A stretch of DNA of 63,877 nucleotides, filler included, from Olpidium bornovanus S191 (lineage: Eukaryota; Fungi; Olpidiomycota), in the NCBI GenBank assembly GCA_017911155.1. It is 26 parts of 26 records of this genome, joined end to end, with 100 filler letters (N's around TTAATTAATTAA, not from the genome) between each part and the next. Parts side by side here need not be neighbours in the genome. Positions count along the whole stretch, not along the records: positions 59,443 to 61,315 come from JAEFCI010011071.1; positions 61,416 to 62,765 come from JAEFCI010011137.1; positions 62,866 to 63,877 come from JAEFCI010009947.1; 23 more parts are not named here. One strand, 5' to 3'. Under the pieces are notes generated by a model that worked only from the letters and a program-made list of their open reading frames with translations, was not told the DNA's origin and ran no database searches. Within the stretch, counting starts at the first letter, position 1. Each line of letters begins with the position of its first letter. The translations under genes were made by a program, and so were the position numbers. Positions 59,894 through 63,877 of the stretch are shown one piece after another.

Positions 59894-61315
59894 ATGTCGC
59901 TCGTCCGCACGCTGCTGGGCACCTCGCACGTGCTCCTCGATGCCGAGGAGGCCTTCGGCGAATTGCGTTGCAAAGAACGTGCCGTGCACTACGGGGGCGG
60001 GGGCGGCAGCGAAGCAGGAAGGGAAGCGGGCGGAGCGGCGGTGGGGAAGGAGGAGGCGTCGGGCGGCCGCGGCCGCAGTCGGAGGTTCGTGCTCAGAAGG
60101 GGTCTCTTCGACGTCTTGGCGCCGTACGGCCGGCTGTTTCCGTCTTCAGGCGACGCCGTCTCCAAACCGACCGAGCCAGAAAACAACCGCGCCGCCCGCC
60201 CGCGACGCTCAAGGAAAAGGAAGAGTGGCCAGCAAGATGTCGAACGCGGGGAAGAAGTTGCAACACGGCGCGATACGCCGCCTCCGCCCCCCGACGCGGA
60301 CGACGTCGAGGAGGTCCGGGAACTCGTCCGGGCGGCACTGCCGGCCCTTGTGTCCGGCGCCGGCACTTTCGTCGCGGCGTCCCGCGGCGTCGGTGGCGAT
60401 GGCAGCGCAGCTCGGCCGCCGGACCCGGCGGAGATCGACTTCCCGGCTTTCCTCGACCTCGCCAACGCGGCAAAGAGAACCTTCGGGGCTAGATTCGCAG
60501 ACATGTCCGGCGCACAGAACATAGAGGACGACGGCGAAGGCGCGCACCGTGTCGAGCTGGAACGTGTGTGTATGAGTGTCTTGTGTCGGCGGACCGCAGA
60601 GTCGAAGTCGGTTTCGCGCAGAATGCATAAAATGCGGCTCATTTGTTTTCCCGCGCAGGAGCCGAAAACTTTTTGGAACTATCCGAAGTATACAACGTGC
60701 TGGTGGCAAACGAAGGGGACGTCGCTCGGTTGCATTTCAGAACAGGGGAGTCCACAGCGACATACCTGATCCCGCAGAAGTCTGCGTTCGTAATGTCCGA
60801 CCTAGGGGACATGGGCCCGCTGGAGCGAGAGGGTGAGGACTAAGATCTGGGGATCACTGTCACCGTCCAGTGCTCAGGTCTGCTAATTCTGCTTTCGCCG
60901 CCTGCAAACAACGCTTCGCTGCGTCAGCCCGCCGACGAGGCGGTTTTGACCTGACAGTAATTGATCCACCGTGGCGCAACGCATCCGCGGCGCGCGGGTC
61001 GGTGTACGAAACGATGGCCGACGACTACTCCGTCTTCCGCGTGCCGTTCCGAAAACTCGCGGCACGGGACCGGCCGGCGCTCGCAGCGATTTGGGTCACG
61101 AACCGCCCACGGCTGCTGCGCCTGGTTCGCGACAAGCTCCTTCCGGCCTGGGGCCTGAGCCACGTCGGTACTTGGTACTGGGTAAAGGTCACTCGGGCGG
61201 GCGAGCCGGTTATTTTCCTGGACGACCGTCGCCGAAGGACGTGGGAGCCGATCGTTGTTGGGCGCTCTCATAGCGGCGGCAGCGAAGGAGAGCCGTTGTC
61301 CTGTAGAAGCGGCGG
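59894..61315 (+). CDS. METTL4: MT-A70 family N6-adenine methyltransferase, METTL4/DAMT-1 clade, 3' truncated
   Basis: YLIPQKSAFVMSD, FDLTVIDPPW.N.S..R...Y, AIWVTN..VRDKLLPAWGL..WYWVKVT..GEPV..WEPIVVG; introns near 60564-60657 and after about 60831. Confidence 0.9.
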
Positions 61316-61965
61316 NNNNNNNNNNNNNNNNNNNNNNNNNNNNNNNNNNNNNNNNNNNNTTAATTAATTAANNNNNNNNNNNNNNNNNNNNNNNNNNNNN
61401 NNNNNNNNNNNNNNNCATGCTATTGCTGTGGGGGGGGGGGTTGTGGGGAGACGGAGAGAGGCGGGGATGCGACCGTCGGTGCGACGCCATCGGGCAGCGG
61501 CGTAACCGGGTCAAAGGCAGCGGACACGCGTACACGCGGTGGTCGGGCTCTCCGTGCAAGCGGGGGGTGTGGGTGTTTCCGGGGGTGGGGGGAAACGGCG
61601 AGGCAGCTGGTGAAACCGACCAAGCCCCGGAAGACGCAGACGCAGAGCACGGAGCGAGACGGGAAGCAGAGTTGAAGAAGTCGTATCTACAAGTCTCCGC
61701 GAGGGAGCCGTCTTCCCGCTATCCACTTCTGGCCTGTTTTGGGTGAGGACTTCCCTAACGGGAGGCTCCAGGGATTTGCGAGAGGACGCAATTTCTGCCG
61801 CGCGGAAACGTTCCCATTTTGCCTCCGACGGAACGCCGCGCCCCCGCCCGTCCCCTCCGCTTCGCTCCTCCCCCCTTCGCCGCCCGACGCAAAGTCGCAG
61901 ACAAAACGCGCCGGCGGCTCCGAAATATTCCATCTCAGCAGGCACGGCGCAACGAAGTCAACGCG

Positions 61966-62765
61966 TCACGCGGTGTCTGATTCCTTGATCGCCAGCGACA
62001 ACCGGATGGTTTGATGTGGCGACGCGGTGTCGATCCACACCCTCCCGTTCAACCCGACGGCTATCTCGAAGGCGTATTGCTTTCCGAGCTCCTCCAGGAC
62101 GGGGGTTTTCGGATCCAAAAGCCTAGGTTTGAGATTATTTTTTTTTTCCCACGACCAGTCAGTGGCTTTCGAGTCAATACAGCGAGGCCGGAAACGGCTT
62201 ACGGCCACGCATCGCACAAAAAATACCTTCTACACGTTCCCAAGGTTACTTGAAACACGAATCCGCCGTTTAACTCGCCGTAACCGTCTGCTTTTCCGGT
62301 CGCCGGGTTGAAGCATTCCAATTCCGGATCCACGTCCTTGTCCGCTAACGACACTCTCGCGTAGACGAGGCTTCCGACCTTAAGCACCAGAACCGCAATG
62401 TGAGAGGGGAGGGGAGGGGGGGGGGAACGTAAGGTGTGTCGGTGACATGTGCGCGAGGAGCTCGCGCGGCGAACGGCCGGATATTTGTTCAGCGCTTGAC
62501 GTTTTACGCCGCCGTACCGCAAGCTGCGGTTTGTTCCGCCTGTTCGCTCCCTCAAAGGCCAGCGCGTCCAACAACGCCGGGTGCGCACCGCCGACGTCGA
62601 CGCGGTACCCGTCGGCAAACTTGGCGGTTATCTGGCCAATGACGTTGTCGCCGAGCGCAGGCACGTACTGGTCCCCGGCGGGCAAAACGTCAGAAACGGA
62701 CGCGGAGGCGCCGGGGCCGGTCAGCCCCTTTCGGGGACAAACCATCCAGCGCGGGACTCCTCCCC
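61966..62765 (-). CDS. RRP40: Exosome subunit Rrp40/EXOSC3, 5' truncated
   Basis: YVPALGDNVIG..YRVDVGG..LAFEGANRRNKPQL/VGSLVYARVSLADKDVDPELEC..GKADGYGEL/FEIAVGLNGRVWI. Confidence 0.95.
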
Positions 62766-63166
62766 NNNNNNNNNNNNNNNNNNNNNNNNNNNNNNNNNNN
62801 NNNNNNNNNTTAATTAATTAANNNNNNNNNNNNNNNNNNNNNNNNNNNNNNNNNNNNNNNNNNNNCAGTCTGCTTTTGAGCCTGTTGGACAAGCTGTGTG
62901 GATTTGAAGTCCGCCTCCATGTAAAAACAGTGCTAAAAAGAGAAACCGTGTCTTACCTTGGCTCACAGAGCAGCTAGAGCCTTGCTTTTTTTTCTGCAGT
63001 GTCTCGGCTCGCCGCTCCCCTTCAACCCGCCTACAACCCGAACCCCCCCCCCGCCCCCCTTGAACCCGAACTCCCCCGCCACCCTTCAACCCCCCCTTAT
63101 TCTAAATCGCTTTTCATCAGTAGAGACATTCAGGGATTCTGAACTGCACTCTGATTTGCTTTCGGT

Positions 63167-63227
63167 CAACATGAACATTCAACATGAACATTCAACATGA
63201 ACATTCAACATGAACATGAACATGAAC
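63167..63227 (+). repeat. CAACATGAACATT x3, decaying into (CATGAA)n
   Basis: Direct reading. Confidence 0.9.
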
Positions 63228-63480
63228 CATTTTTATGCCACGTACGACGATCTATCAAAACACCTGCTAAAATTTTACGCAGGCACTAAATGGTTTGTTC
63301 CGACAGTAACCAACTGTGCCTGCTCTTGTTTTACTCAAAAGTTCTGAAACCGCAACAGGCCCAAAACTGTAGATGACCTGAAAACCGAGTTTGCCGCATT
63401 GATATATGGACTGGTTTTTGGGGATTCGTTCATTTTCAACGTGTGCACAAAAACTATTTGTGAATTCTACTTTCACCCGC

Positions 63481-63800
63481 TGTGCTGTAGCACGGCCCTC
63501 AAACCGCCCGTCGAGCGACGCCACGCAAGGCAGGCGGCGGGCGAAGGCAGGGCAAAGGGCGTGGAAGAAGGGCGCAGGGCAAAGGGCGGCGGGCGAAGGC
63601 GGGCGCAGAGCAAAGGACGAGAGGCGGTCGAAGGGCGGAGGCGGCGGCAAGATCAAGGGCAGGGCGGCCCCCGAACCCGGGGGCCGACCAATAGAATAGC
63701 CCCCTTCGAAGCCCGCCAATCGAAGAGCGCTTCCCCCTTCCCCCCTCGAAGTCCACCAACTGAAGGGCTTCCCCCTTGCCCCCCTCCCCTCCCCCAGCCC
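63481..63800 (+). mobile_element. Second copy of the 37175 LTR (U3 part), lost in poly-C at the window end
   Basis: Collinear with 37175-37480, including TGTGCTGTAGCACGGCCCTCAAACC and CCAATAGAATAGCCCC. The left flank differs (CCCGC vs GTTGC). Confidence 0.92.
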
Positions 63801-63802
63801 CC

Positions 63803-63871
<69 letters not shown>

Positions 63872-63877
63872 CGGGGG

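Noticed and set aside
33368-61315. Argonaute, METTL4 and TEs as a linked genome-defence locus
   Set aside because: They lie on different contigs joined by artificial spacers, so co-occurrence is meaningless.
4227-62865. Regularly recurring TTAATTAATTAA as a CRISPR-like or biological repeat
   Set aside because: It is always flanked by exactly 44 N on each side: a six-frame-stop assembly linker.
62866-63480. Snf7-like (KSKALAAL) or Tc1-like (RPKTVDDLK) peptides
   Set aside because: Very short matches interrupted by stops; not supportable.
1-63877. rRNA, intact tRNA, snRNA genes or CRISPR arrays
   Set aside because: None recognised. Other TTCGA words examined (14160, 20129, 29523) lack a paired T-stem.

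Overview
This is not one locus. It is 26 short contigs (about 1-4 kb each) joined by 25 artificial 100-nt spacers (N44-TTAATTAATTAA-N44, stops in all six frames), so adjacency across a spacer has no biological meaning. The DNA is GC-rich, intron-dense and eukaryotic. Fungal-type genes (PAN1, ROM1/2-type DH-PH-CNH RhoGEF, cytochrome-b5/acyl-CoA dehydrogenase fusion, mL44/MRPL3) occur together with the flagellar central-pair protein HYDIN, which points to a zoosporic (flagellated) early-diverging fungus. An Olpidium-like source is my guess only. Other recognisable genes, mostly partial: prefoldin 6, a GT77-like glycosyltransferase, Argonaute, YjbQ/UPF0047, a TmcB-like membrane protein, MFAP1, NSA1/WDR74, PPE1/PPME1, METTL4, RRP40, a Rad7-like LRR protein, an SGNH-like orphan and an alpha/beta-hydrolase lacking the canonical nucleophile. 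Transposon debris is abundant: four Ty1/copia fragments, a gypsy RT fragment, a hAT transposase interrupted by an LTR element, three LTR ends with primer-binding sites, and a second copy of one LTR. I see no convincing multi-gene novel system. The best leads are an atypical copia element (separate gag and pol ORFs with an ATGA stop-start overlap and a gypsy-like capsid motif), a tRNA-like sequence whose best-folding anticodon loop reads CUA, a plant-Bianca-like copia fragment, the SGNH-like orphan and the nested TE cluster. All family calls come from motif recognition by eye; no searches were run.
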